64,000 bases of DNA from assembly GCA_963742735.1 (NCBI GenBank), contig CAVUMN010000004.1, positions 448,001-512,000 on the forward strand, read 5' to 3'. Numbering within the stretch: position 1 is the stretch's first letter; each line of letters begins with the position of its first letter. This DNA is from an uncultured Actinomycetes bacterium (GTDB taxonomy: Bacteria; Actinomycetota; UBA4738; JBBDTT01). The position numbers and the translations under genes are program-made. Below are positions 37,388 through 47,226 of this stretch, one piece after another. The notes beneath the pieces were generated by a model. The model searched no databases. It saw nothing but the letters and a program-made list of their open reading frames with translations, and was not told the origin of the DNA.

Positions 37388-40168
37388 TTGACGCGCCGCA
37401 CGCACCCTCCATACGATGGGGCCCGCCTCCCTCGGAAGGTCCTCTTGCACTCACGACTTCAGCGCCTCGACCTCGGCCGCCGTGCCGTGACGCTGGCCAC
37501 CGCGCTCGTGCTCATGGTGGCCGCGTTCCTGGCGCCCCGGGCCCAGCCGGCGCAGGCGGACCCGGTCACGTACGCCCTGGGCACGATCAGCGCGCCGCAG
37601 GCCGTCGGCGACTCCCAGTGTCCTCCGGGCGCCTCGTGCAGCAAGTTCACCATCACCAACTGTCCCGACGGGCTGGGCGGGACCGTCAAGGCGAAGAACG
37701 GCTTCTACGCCGACCGCGCGGCGACCGGGCCCGCGAAGGGGATGGTCGTCCTGTTCTCCGGCGGCTCGGGCACCTTCTACTGGAGCAACGACAACGCCGC
37801 GTCGGAGGGGTTCGTTCAGAACCTGCGCTCGGATGGCTTCCGGGTGATCGAGGTCCGGTGGAACGGGGCCTGGGAGGCCGCGGAGAGCGGCCAGCAGGCC
37901 GGGCCGGCGCGGACGGCGTGCCGTCCGGCCACGGTGATCAACTACCTGGGGTCTCAGGTCTTCCCCACGATGGGTCTGACCCGCGTGGAGGGCCGGTGTG
38001 GGTTCTGCATCGCCGGCACGAGCGGCGGCTCCGCGGCGACGTCGTACGCGCTGTCCTTCTACGGCCTCGAGGGCCTTGTCGACGGGCTGTTCCCGATCGG
38101 CGGGCCGACCCACGCCGCGATCCGGCTGGGGTGCACGGCGCCGCGGGGCTACGAGGCGTACAGCTACAGCGGGGCCAGCATCCAGCAGGTCGACCGCCCG
38201 TACGGCTATCTGACCAGCGGGACGGGCCCCTGTTCGCTGCGCGATTCGAGCCCGTCGTGGGCCGCGCGTTGGGACCAGGACGCGGTGGACGGAACCCTCG
38301 GCAGCGACTTCGCCTACGACCACACGCGGGTGCACGTCATCGTCGGCGGCGGCGACACGCCGATGCAGAACCACTCGAGCGACTACCTCGCGCGACTCGG
38401 CGCCTCGGGCTCGCCATACGTGTCCTACCAGCAGATCCCGGGGATGCCGCACGGGATCAGCCAGAGCCCCGACGGGCTGGCGGCGTTCCGCTCGGCCCTC
38501 AACCTGAGCGACCCGGCGAAGTTCGCCGCCTGCGGCAACGGTATCGACGACGACGGTGACGGCCTGAAGGACTTCGGGCCCGACCCGGGGTGCACCTCGG
38601 CCAACGACGCCTCGGAGCGCAGCATCGGCTCGTCGGCGGCGCAGTGCGACAACGGCGTGAACGACGACTTCGACAGCCGGCGGGACTACCCGTCGGACTC
38701 GGGCTGCACCTCGCCCACGGACACGCTCGAGACGTCCACGGCCGCCTGCGACGACGGCCTGGACAACAACGGCGACGGGAAGCGGGACTATCCCGCCGAC
38801 CTGGAGTGCGCGGGGACGACCGACACCAGCGAGGGCCAGGCCCAGGCGACGTTCACCCTCACGGTGACGTCTCCCTCGAACGGACGTGTGACGAGCGCTC
38901 CGGCGGGGATCGACTGCCCGGGCGACTGCTCCGAGGCTTACGTCTCGGGAGCGTCGGTCATCCTCACGGCCTCGCCGGCGTCCGGCTTCGTGTTCTCCTC
39001 CTGGACCGGTGACTGCTCCGGCCAGTCGGGGGCGACGTGCACGCTGAGCATGAGCGCGAATCGCACCGCCGGCGCCACGTTCGTGGCCCAGCCGCCGAAC
39101 ACCCTGACCGTCAGCTCGCCGACGAACGGCCGGGTCACCAGCTCGCCGGCCGGGATCGACTGCCCGGGGGACTGCTCCCAGGCGTACTCGCCGGGCCAGG
39201 CCGTGAGCCTCACCGCGACGCCCGCCGCCGGCTACGCGTTCTCGTCGTGGGGCGGCGACTGCGCCGGCCAGTCCGGCCCGACGTGCTCGCTCACCATGAG
39301 CACGAGCCGCGCGGCGAGCGTGCAGTTCGTGGCCACCCAGGGCTCGGTCACGGTGACCAAGGCCGGGTCCGGCCAGGGGACCGTCACCAGCTCACCCGCC
39401 GGGATCTCGTGCAACGCCTCCTGCTCGGCCCAGTCCGCGTCCTTCGCGAACGGCACGTCGGTGCAGCTCACCGCGTCGCCCGCCTCCGGCTCGACGTTCG
39501 TCGCGTGGGGCGGCGACTGCTCGGGTACCGCGGCCACCTGCGTGGTCACGGCGACGGGTTCGCGCAACGTCACGGCGCGGTTCGACCAGGTCGGCGGCGC
39601 CGTCGCCACGGTCACGGTCTCGGACTCCGCGTTCACCCCGAAGACGCTGACCGTCGCGCACGGCGACAGCGTGAAGTGGATGTTCCAGGGCTCCGCCTCG
39701 CATCGAGTGCAGGACAACCGGAACCTGGGGAACTCCGGGGCGACCCCGACGGTCTGGTTCGACTCGGGAGCCAGGTCGCCCGGCGAGTCGTTCACGTACG
39801 CGTTCTGTGCGGCCGGGCTGTTCCCGTACCACTCCCCGAACGAGCCGGTGTTGATGACGGGCAGCGTCTCGGTGCAGATGCGCACCTCGGCCGCGTCCGG
39901 CTCGCCCTCCTCGACGTTCAGCCTGAGCTGGGCCTGCGGGGCGATGGCGGGGTTCCGGTTCGAGGTCGAGTACCGCTTCAAGACGTCCGGCGCGACCACC
40001 TGGGGGGCCTGGCAGGCGTGGAAGACCAATGAGGCTCTACCCAGCGGCGCGTTCGTTCCGACGAGCCTGAAGGGCGCCGGTTCCTACCAGTTCCGCTCGA
40101 AGCTCGAGAACGCGACGACGAACGTCCAGTCGGACTGGTCGCCGTTCCTCTCGATCACGGCCGCATAA
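37388..40168 (+). CDS. Large secreted modular protein: alpha/beta-hydrolase-like domain + Cys/Asp repeats + 3 InlB-B-like repeats + cupredoxin-like + C-terminal beta domain
   Basis: Signal peptide ending AQA; FSGGSG, GTSGG nucleophile, GGGD, PHG. The true start may be about 100 nt downstream. Confidence 0.8.
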   Translation: MTRRTHPPYDGARLPRKVLLHSRLQRLDLGRRAVTLATALVLMVAAFLAPRAQPAQADPVTYALGTISAPQAVGDSQCPPGASCSKFTITNCPDGLGGTVKAKNGFYADRAATGPAKGMVVLFSGGSGTFYWSNDNAASEGFVQNLRSDGFRVIEVRWNGAWEAAESGQQAGPARTACRPATVINYLGSQVFPTMGLTRVEGRCGFCIAGTSGGSAATSYALSFYGLEGLVDGLFPIGGPTHAAIRLGCTAPRGYEAYSYSGASIQQVDRPYGYLTSGTGPCSLRDSSPSWAARWDQDAVDGTLGSDFAYDHTRVHVIVGGGDTPMQNHSSDYLARLGASGSPYVSYQQIPGMPHGISQSPDGLAAFRSALNLSDPAKFAACGNGIDDDGDGLKDFGPDPGCTSANDASERSIGSSAAQCDNGVNDDFDSRRDYPSDSGCTSPTDTLETSTAACDDGLDNNGDGKRDYPADLECAGTTDTSEGQAQATFTLTVTSPSNGRVTSAPAGIDCPGDCSEAYVSGASVILTASPASGFVFSSWTGDCSGQSGATCTLSMSANRTAGATFVAQPPNTLTVSSPTNGRVTSSPAGIDCPGDCSQAYSPGQAVSLTATPAAGYAFSSWGGDCAGQSGPTCSLTMSTSRAASVQFVATQGSVTVTKAGSGQGTVTSSPAGISCNASCSAQSASFANGTSVQLTASPASGSTFVAWGGDCSGTAATCVVTATGSRNVTARFDQVGGAVATVTVSDSAFTPKTLTVAHGDSVKWMFQGSASHRVQDNRNLGNSGATPTVWFDSGARSPGESFTYAFCAAGLFPYHSPNEPVLMTGSVSVQMRTSAASGSPSSTFSLSWACGAMAGFRFEVEYRFKTSGATTWGAWQAWKTNEALPSGAFVPTSLKGAGSYQFRSKLENATTNVQSDWSPFLSITAA
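38527..38840 (+). repeat. Three intragenic Cys/Asp-rich repeats (C-D/G-N-G-x-D-D-D-x-D...C)
   Basis: ACGNGIDDDGDGLKDF.PDPGC / QCDNGVNDDFDSRRDYPSDSGC / ACDDGLDNNGDGKRDYPADLEC. Confidence 0.8.
38850..39590 (+). repeat. Three intragenic ~75-80 aa InlB-B-repeat-like beta domains
   Basis: LTV..P.NGRVTS.PAGIDCPGDCS.AY..G..V.LTA.PA.G..FSSW.GDC repeated; the first two copies are very similar. Confidence 0.8.
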
Positions 40169-40184
40169 CGCGCGGGTAGCATGC

Positions 40185-41834
40185 ATGACCGTGCCTGATC
40201 GCTCACCCCGGACGCCGATCCTCCTGCTCGTGCTCGCGGTGCTGGCGCTCGGGCTGCCGACGCCGTTCGCGGGTCCGGCCTCCGCCCATCCCGGACCGCA
40301 CGATCCCTCCATCGGCCAGCTCACGATCGAGGCCGGCGGCGACACCGACTGCGCCAGGAAGGCGCCGGGAAGTACCTGCACCAGGTTCAGCATCCAGAAC
40401 TGTCACGGGGTCGCGACGAAGCTCACCGGCTACTACGCGCGGGCCAATCCCCCGGCCGGTGTGCCCGTGCGCGCCGCGCTGGTGATCTTCTCCGGTGGCT
40501 CGGGCGCCTACTACTGGCAGCAGCAGGCGCCGGACGGCGGGTCCGAGGACCAGCGGATCAACGCCCTGCTGAGCGACCTGCGGGGCGCCGGCTTCGTCAT
40601 CCTGCAGGTGCGGTGGGGGAGCGACTGGCTCGCGGCGGACGCCGGTCAGAACGACGGCCTGCACGTTGCCTGCCGCCCCGCCCGGATCTCCAGGTACCTC
40701 CACGACCACGTGTGGGCGCCCATGGGCGTCGACCACAACGTCGGCGCGTGCGGGTTCTGCCTGATGGGGGTCAGCGGCGGCGCGAGCTCGGTGGCGTGGC
40801 AGCTCACCCACTTCATGGCCGAGTCCTACGTGGACGCGATCTTCCCCAGCGGGGGGCCTCCCCATGCCGCGCTGGCGAAGGGGTGCGTCCCGTCGGGGCC
40901 GGCCGAGGCCCCGTACGACTACCTGGGAGGCTCGAGCGTCAAGCAGATCGACGCGCCCTTCAAGAGCGGGACGGGGCGCCACTGCCGGGACCACGACGCG
41001 CCCTTCCGACCGACGTGGGACGCGAACAGCATCGACACGCCGGAGGCGGGCGGCGACCACGACCACCCGGCCACGCGGGTTCACCTGATCGACGGCGGCG
41101 ATGACCGGCTCCGCACCCACGGGTACGACTGGATGCTCCGCATGTGGGCCGAGCCGAGCCCCTACACGAGCTTCGAGGTCGTCCCCGGAGGCCCCCACTC
41201 GGTGAGCACCTCGGACGAGAGCATGGCCCGGCTGAAGACCGCCCTCCTGCTCACCGACACGAGCCGGATGGTCGCCTGCAACAACGGCCTGGACGACGAC
41301 TGGGACGGGCTGGACGACGAGTCCGACCCGAGCTGCGCGTCGAGCACCGACCCGAGCGAGAAGGGCGCCGAGCTCGCGTGCGACAACGGCCTGGACGACG
41401 ACGCGGACGGGTTCGTCGACTTCCGGACCGAGTTCGGCGACGCCGGGTGCTCGAGCGCGTCGGATGACACCGAGGGCACCGGCGGCGGCGGGAGCGGGCC
41501 TACCATCTCGATCGGCGACGGGTCGGTGACCGAACCGGACGCGGGGGCCACCGCCCCCTGCAGGTTCACGATCACGCTCTCGGCCTCCTCCACCCAGAAC
41601 GTCGCCGTCCAGTTCGCGACGGCGAGCGGGTCGGCGACTGCCGCCTCCGACTACACGTCGAAGATCGTCACCGCGACGTTCACGCCCGGCCAGGTGGCCA
41701 AGATCGTCGGGGTTCAGGTGCTGGGGGACGGGGCCGGCGAGGACGACGAGACGTTCTTCGTGAACCTCTCGAACCCCGTCAACGGCACGATCGGCGACCC
41801 TCAGGGGGTCTGCTCGATCCGTAACGACGACTAG
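40185..41834 (+). CDS. Secreted paralogous alpha/beta-hydrolase-like protein with Cys/Asp repeats and Calx-beta domain
   Basis: Signal peptide; FSGGSG, ACRPA, CGFCLMGVSGG, GGPPHA, GGDD, GPHSV; two ACxNGLDDD repeats; Calx-beta (ISIGDGSVTE...DETFFVNLSNP). Confidence 0.82.
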   Translation: MTVPDRSPRTPILLLVLAVLALGLPTPFAGPASAHPGPHDPSIGQLTIEAGGDTDCARKAPGSTCTRFSIQNCHGVATKLTGYYARANPPAGVPVRAALVIFSGGSGAYYWQQQAPDGGSEDQRINALLSDLRGAGFVILQVRWGSDWLAADAGQNDGLHVACRPARISRYLHDHVWAPMGVDHNVGACGFCLMGVSGGASSVAWQLTHFMAESYVDAIFPSGGPPHAALAKGCVPSGPAEAPYDYLGGSSVKQIDAPFKSGTGRHCRDHDAPFRPTWDANSIDTPEAGGDHDHPATRVHLIDGGDDRLRTHGYDWMLRMWAEPSPYTSFEVVPGGPHSVSTSDESMARLKTALLLTDTSRMVACNNGLDDDWDGLDDESDPSCASSTDPSEKGAELACDNGLDDDADGFVDFRTEFGDAGCSSASDDTEGTGGGGSGPTISIGDGSVTEPDAGATAPCRFTITLSASSTQNVAVQFATASGSATAASDYTSKIVTATFTPGQVAKIVGVQVLGDGAGEDDETFFVNLSNPVNGTIGDPQGVCSIRNDD

Positions 41835-43216
41835 GCGGCGCCGGGCGAGGCTCGCAGCCGGCACACGAACCCGAACGCCGGGTCCGCCGGCTGGGCCGGG
41901 GCCCGGTCGAGGACCGGCGCCCGCATCGTGGGCCCGCCCGGGCGCCCGGTGAACCGAAGGATGTCGATCCCGCGCTGGTGGTCGGCTACGAACACGTACC
42001 CGCCGTGCCAGTAGGCCGCCCACGCATTGGTGAGGTCACCCAGCCAGTAGCCGACCTGCCGGAGGTTGCGGGGGTTGGACGCGTCGAGGATGCGGACGCC
42101 CTGGCCGTAGAAGGCGTAGGCGAGCAGGCCGTCGCCGCGGTCCTCGAACCAGTGGGCCGAGTCGCACCCGGTCGAGCCCGGCTGGCCCTCGGGGGTCCAC
42201 GTGTCGAGGACGCGCATCGGGAGGTCCTCGCCACCGGGCTTCCACGCCCGTCCGGAGAACGTGCCCCGCAGGTCGTAGGCGGCGAACCGACCCGAGGTCG
42301 CGCAGTTCGAGGTGATGTTCTCCTCGGTGGCCAGCAGCACCGTCCCTCGCGGAGCGCCCCTCTCGGCTCGGAGGCCCATGTTCCGCCACGCGTTGTGGAT
42401 GAACCGAGAGGGCGTGGCGCGCTCCGGGGAGGCGCCGCCGCCGTAGGGGATCGGGGCGCAGCCGGTGGCGGTGGCCACCTTCCCGGTCCGGGGGTCGCGG
42501 TGCCGGCCGTGGGTCCAGTACCCCCACACGCCGCCTCCGCCGGAGATCCAGGCGATCCCGGCCGGGTCGACCCCGACGTCATGCGAGGACTTGATGCCGG
42601 CGGTCCCGGAGCCGCCCTGGTCGATCGGGCCGCACACCACGGGCGCGGTCGGGTCGGTGAGGTCGGTGGCCCACACGGCGCGGCCGCCGGTTGCCGGAGC
42701 CGAGGGCACCCCACGTGCGAGCCCGGCCGTCCAGATGTAGCGGCACCCCTCGACGCACTCGGCGGTGTGCCCGATCGGCATCGTCACCATGCCGATCTGG
42801 CGCAGGTTCGAGGGGTCGGAGACGTCGATGACGTGCAGGATCCCCAGGGGGACGATCGCGGCAGGGACCGCGTGGGTCGTGAACCCTCGCGAGTCGCGGG
42901 AGAGGAACACGAGCTCCCGCTCGACGTCGACCGTCATGTCCTCGTTCTCCCAGAGGTACATCGGGAGCGCGCCGAGGAGCTCGGGGGCGGCGGGGTCGGA
43001 CACGTCGTAGCTGTAGAGCCCGAGGGTCGTCGAGACGAACATGGTGTCGTCGATGAACCCGATCGCGATCGCCGTCTGCATCTCCGGCAGGTTCGCGACC
43101 AGCTGCAGGTTCGGCGAGGCCGAGCCGGTGTCGAGCTGGGCCTCGGCGAGTCGGGACGGGACCAGCGCGGCGAGGCCGGTCACGAGGGAGAGGGCGACGA
43201 TCCGCAGGCGACGCAT
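41831..43216 (-). CDS. Secreted LVIVD-repeat-like (beta-propeller) protein, paralog 2
   Basis: Signal peptide; GLYSYDVSDPAAPELLG, LHVIDVSDP, GVRILDASNP, RGIDILRF. Confidence 0.8.
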   Translation of the reverse strand: MRRLRIVALSLVTGLAALVPSRLAEAQLDTGSASPNLQLVANLPEMQTAIAIGFIDDTMFVSTTLGLYSYDVSDPAAPELLGALPMYLWENEDMTVDVERELVFLSRDSRGFTTHAVPAAIVPLGILHVIDVSDPSNLRQIGMVTMPIGHTAECVEGCRYIWTAGLARGVPSAPATGGRAVWATDLTDPTAPVVCGPIDQGGSGTAGIKSSHDVGVDPAGIAWISGGGGVWGYWTHGRHRDPRTGKVATATGCAPIPYGGGASPERATPSRFIHNAWRNMGLRAERGAPRGTVLLATEENITSNCATSGRFAAYDLRGTFSGRAWKPGGEDLPMRVLDTWTPEGQPGSTGCDSAHWFEDRGDGLLAYAFYGQGVRILDASNPRNLRQVGYWLGDLTNAWAAYWHGGYVFVADHQRGIDILRFTGRPGGPTMRAPVLDRAPAQPADPAFGFVCRLRASPGAA

Positions 43217-43227
43217 CGGCGGAGAGA

Positions 43228-44616
43228 CTAGACGCGGCGGGGGTCGGCCGCCGCGAACAGCCGGCACGTGAACCCGGTGCTCGGGTCCGCGGCCAGCGTC
43301 ATGACGGGATCGAGCGCGGGAGCCCGGACCGCCCTGGCCGCGGGGCCCGGCTTGCCGGTGAACCGCAGGACGTCGATCCCACGGGTGAGATCCGCCACGT
43401 AGACGAGCCCGTCGTGCCAGTAGGCGGCCCACGTGTTCGAATCGGCCGGGCGCCACCATCCGAGCTGGCGGATGTTCCGCGGGTTCGACGCGTCCAGGAA
43501 CCGAACGCCCTGCTCGTAGAACGCGTAGGCGAGCAGCCCGTCGCCCCGGTCGTCGAAGTAGTGGGCCGACGCGCAGGCGGTGGAGCCCTCCTGGCCCTCG
43601 GGCGTCCAGGTGTCCAGGGCCTTCATCCGGAACTTCGTCCGGTCGATGTCCCTCCAGCCCTGGCCCCCGAAGGTGCCGCGCAGGTCGTAGGTGGCGAACC
43701 GGCCGGAGGTCTCGCAGTCCGACGTGATGCTCTCCTCGGTGGCGTACAGAACGGTGCCCTTCGGCGCTCCCCGGGCGGCGCGCATGGTGGTGTTCCGCCA
43801 GGCGTTGTGCATGAACCGCGACGGTGTGGCCGTCTCCGGCGTGCCGCCGCCCCCGAACGGGATCGGCGCGCAGCCGGTGGCGATCTCCACCTTGCCCGTG
43901 AGCGGGTTGCGATGGCGTCCGGCCGTCCAGTAGCCGCGCACGCCTCCGGCGCCGGAAACCCACGCGATCCCACGCGCGTCCACCTGGACGTCGTGCGCGT
44001 AGTCCGTCTCGCCGTCGTTTCGGGCCAGGTCGATGGGCGCGGGGCACACCACCGGATTCGTGGGGTCGGTCAGGTCGGTGGCGAATACGGGCCGCCCGCC
44101 CCACGCCGCCGGGTCGGTCACGGCCGGCGCCGGCCCGGCCGTCCACACGAACCGGCAGCCGTTGATGCAGGTGCTGGTGTGCCCCGCCGGGAGCAGGGTG
44201 AGGCTGACCTGCTCCATCAGCGTGGGGTCGGATACGTCGATGACGTGCAGGGCCCCGTAGGGGAACCCGTTCACGGCGGGCGAGGTGAACCCGCGCGGGT
44301 CGCGGCTGATCAGGATGAGCTCGCGCTCGACGTCGACGTCCATGTCCTCGTTCTCCCAGATGTACATGGGGAGCGCGCCCAGAAGGGCGGGCGCCGACGG
44401 ATCCGAGACGTCGTAGGAGTACAGGCCGTGCGCGGTCGACACGAACATCGTGTCGCCGATGAAGTTGAGCGCGATGGCGCCCTTCATCTCCGGCGCGCCC
44501 CCGATCGACTCCACGTTCGCGGAGCCGTTCGTGGCCTGAGCCCGTGCGGGCTCCGACCGCGGCAGGATCACCAGGGACCCGAGCATCGCGAGGAGGACGA
44601 GCCAACGACGGGGCAT
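43228..44616 (-). CDS. Secreted LVIVD-repeat-like (beta-propeller) protein, paralog 1
   Basis: Signal peptide; collinear with the downstream paralog (WENEDM, GHT..C, HDV.VD, HNAWRN, SAH.F). Confidence 0.82.
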   Translation of the reverse strand: MPRRWLVLLAMLGSLVILPRSEPARAQATNGSANVESIGGAPEMKGAIALNFIGDTMFVSTAHGLYSYDVSDPSAPALLGALPMYIWENEDMDVDVERELILISRDPRGFTSPAVNGFPYGALHVIDVSDPTLMEQVSLTLLPAGHTSTCINGCRFVWTAGPAPAVTDPAAWGGRPVFATDLTDPTNPVVCPAPIDLARNDGETDYAHDVQVDARGIAWVSGAGGVRGYWTAGRHRNPLTGKVEIATGCAPIPFGGGGTPETATPSRFMHNAWRNTTMRAARGAPKGTVLYATEESITSDCETSGRFATYDLRGTFGGQGWRDIDRTKFRMKALDTWTPEGQEGSTACASAHYFDDRGDGLLAYAFYEQGVRFLDASNPRNIRQLGWWRPADSNTWAAYWHDGLVYVADLTRGIDVLRFTGKPGPAARAVRAPALDPVMTLAADPSTGFTCRLFAAADPRRV

Positions 44617-44687
44617 CTCGGAGTACTACGACGCGCGAGTGTCGGTCTCCTTGCCCGCGGCGGCCGGGCGGCCGGGCGGCTGGGCCG

Positions 44688-47051
44688 CTAGGCCGTGCGC
44701 TTGAGCACCAGGACGGCCATGTCGTCCCGGGGCCCGCCCTCGCCGAACTCGAGCACGGCCCGCTCGACGGCCGCGGCGATCCGCTCGGCGGGCTGGTCCA
44801 CCAGGCCCCGGACCAGCTCGGCCAGACGTTCCTCGCCGAACTGCTCGTCCTCGCGTCGGCGCTCGACGATGCCGTCGGTGTAGAAGACGACGACGTCGCC
44901 GGGCTCGAGGTCGGTGATGACCTCCTGCACCTCGGCTCGTTCGAGGACGCCCAGAAGCGTGCCCGGCTCGCCCACGGGCTCGATCGCTCCGCCGGCCCGG
45001 ATCAGGAGCGGGGCCGGGTGGCCGGCGCAGGTCACGGCCAGCCGCGCCCCGCCGGCGGCGGTGTCGAGGTTGGCGTACACGACCGTGCAGAACTTCGATT
45101 CGCCGCGCTCGAGCAGGACGGCGTCGTTCAGCGCGGTGATGACGTCGGCCGACTCCGGCCGCTGGAGGGCGGTCGCCCGGACCGTGTACCGCGTCAGGCC
45201 GGTGAGCACCGCGGCGTCGACCCCCTTGCCGCACACGTCCCCGATCACGATCGACCAGCGGCCCTCTCCCGTCTGGAACAGGTCGTAGAAGTCGCCGCCC
45301 ACGTCGACGCCCTCGGCGGCGGGGTGGTAGCTCGCGGCCACCTGGAACCCCGGGATGACCGGAAGCTCCGGTGGCAGCAGGCTCTGCTGGAGAGTCTCCG
45401 CGATGTGGCTGCGTTCGCGGAACAACCGGGCGTTCTCGACCGCGGTCGCGGCGCGCCGGGCGATGTGGCCGGCGAAGTCCAGGTCGTCCTCGTCGAAGCC
45501 CCGGCCGGGCGTGGAGTTCACCATCGTGAGGGCACCGATGGTCCGGCCCCGCATGATCAGGGGCAGGATCATGAACGAGCGGATCTCGAGGGCCCGCATC
45601 ATTGCCAGGTGCCCGACGTCGATGGCCCCCTCGACCAGGAGCTCGTCCGGGATGTCGTTCAGGATCAGCGGCCCGCCGTTGCGGATGACCTCCGCCGTGG
45701 CGTTCGGCGCGTCGAGCTTGACCGGGTAGCGCCGCCGGAACTCGTAGGCGAGCTCCACCTTCTCCGGGTCGACGTGCGCCACGGCGACGTGCTCGATCTC
45801 GCCGGCGTCGGTGACGACGTCCACCGCGCACCAGTCGGCGAGCTGTGGCACGGCCAGCCGGGCCACGGCCTGGAGGGTGCGCTCGTAGTTCAGCGACCCG
45901 GCGAGCACGGTGCTGGCCTCGGCGAGGAATGCCATCCGCTCGCGCTGCTCCTCGGTCTCCCGGAGCAGGTGCTGCAGCTCGGTGAGCAGGGTGTCCAGCC
46001 GGGCGCGGCCCTCGGCCTCCCGGCGCGCGGCGTCCTCGGACGCCCGATACAGCTGGGCGTTCTCGACCGCGACGGCGGCCCGGCGGGCGATCTCCTCGAC
46101 CAGTGCCAGGTCGTCGTCCCCGTAGCGACGTCCCGACTCCCCAGAGATGAGCGAAAGCGCTCCCAGGGTGCGGCCCTTCGACACCAGCGGGACCACGATG
46201 TGCGACCGCAGGCCGAGCGTCTCCAGGATCCGGCGGTTCTCTGGATCGTGCGCGGCGGTGAGCGGATACGTCCGCTCGGTGATGTGCGACGCGATCTCCG
46301 GCTGACCCGTCGCCAGCACCCGCGTGATGGGGTGCGGCTGGGTCCAGTCCGGCGGGAATCGGCGGCGGAGCTCGCGGATGAGCTCCATGCGCTCGGGATC
46401 CCGGTGGGCCACGGCGAGCTGGCGGATCGTGCCGTCCGGCTCGAGCATGTCGACGATGCACCAGTCGGCCACCGCCGGGACCAGCAGCCCGGTCAGGGTG
46501 GTGAGCGTCGAGTCGACGTCCAGGCTGGAGGACAGCAGCTCGCCGGCCTGCGCCAGGAACCGCAGGGCCTGCTCGGTGCGCCGCCGTTCGGTGACGTCGC
46601 GGAAGATGTTGATCGCGAACCGGACCTGCCCCCGCGCGTCCAGGACGGGGGTGGCGGACACGAGCGACCACCGCTCCTCGCCGACGTCGACGATCCGGTA
46701 GCCGAGCAGGACTCCTTCGACCCGCTCGCCGAGCAGGGCCCGGCGGCCGGGGAGGTCCTCGATCGGGAGGGGCTTGCCGTCCTCGCCGATCACCTCGAAC
46801 CGCTTCATGAGCTCGGGGATAGGCGTGGCCAGGAGCTCCGCGGCGGTCTCGAACCCGATCAGCGTGGCGGCGGCGTCGTTCGCGTAGAGCAGCTTGCCCC
46901 GGGGGTCCTGGACGGTGATGCCGTCGGCGACGCCCGAGAGGATGACCTCGAGCTGCTCGCGGGAAGCGCTCAGCTGCTCCCGGATGTCCTGGGGACTCAG
47001 GCTGGAGACGGCAGCCTCGCCGGGCCGATCCGGGGGCGGGGCGGCCGGCAT
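44688..47051 (-). CDS. PAS-GAF-GAF-SpoIIE (PP2C, RsbU-like) phosphatase
   Basis: PAS (GITVQD..GKLLYANDAA), two GAF (ADWC.VD...), LQQSLLP, VGGDFYD, IGDVCGKG, AGHP, YTDG, DDMAV. Confidence 0.9.
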   Translation of the reverse strand: MPAAPPPDRPGEAAVSSLSPQDIREQLSASREQLEVILSGVADGITVQDPRGKLLYANDAAATLIGFETAAELLATPIPELMKRFEVIGEDGKPLPIEDLPGRRALLGERVEGVLLGYRIVDVGEERWSLVSATPVLDARGQVRFAINIFRDVTERRRTEQALRFLAQAGELLSSSLDVDSTLTTLTGLLVPAVADWCIVDMLEPDGTIRQLAVAHRDPERMELIRELRRRFPPDWTQPHPITRVLATGQPEIASHITERTYPLTAAHDPENRRILETLGLRSHIVVPLVSKGRTLGALSLISGESGRRYGDDDLALVEEIARRAAVAVENAQLYRASEDAARREAEGRARLDTLLTELQHLLRETEEQRERMAFLAEASTVLAGSLNYERTLQAVARLAVPQLADWCAVDVVTDAGEIEHVAVAHVDPEKVELAYEFRRRYPVKLDAPNATAEVIRNGGPLILNDIPDELLVEGAIDVGHLAMMRALEIRSFMILPLIMRGRTIGALTMVNSTPGRGFDEDDLDFAGHIARRAATAVENARLFRERSHIAETLQQSLLPPELPVIPGFQVAASYHPAAEGVDVGGDFYDLFQTGEGRWSIVIGDVCGKGVDAAVLTGLTRYTVRATALQRPESADVITALNDAVLLERGESKFCTVVYANLDTAAGGARLAVTCAGHPAPLLIRAGGAIEPVGEPGTLLGVLERAEVQEVITDLEPGDVVVFYTDGIVERRREDEQFGEERLAELVRGLVDQPAERIAAAVERAVLEFGEGGPRDDMAVLVLKRTA

Positions 47052-47226
47052 CAGACGGCGTTCGTGGGGCCGGCGAATGGGGCGAAGCGGCTCAGGGACG
47101 TCCTTCCGCGAGGGGAGGCCAGGATACGCACCGCCCCGCCCGGAAGACAAGACGAAACGGCCGTTCCGGCCCCTCGCCATTTGCGGGACGCCCGAAGGGA
47201 GTACGGCGCGGCGGTATCGTCCGCGC

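Noticed and set aside
38527-39590. Repeats as a possible CRISPR array or DNA-level repeat element
   Set aside because: They are in-frame protein-domain repeats with synonymous divergence, not identical repeats with spacers.
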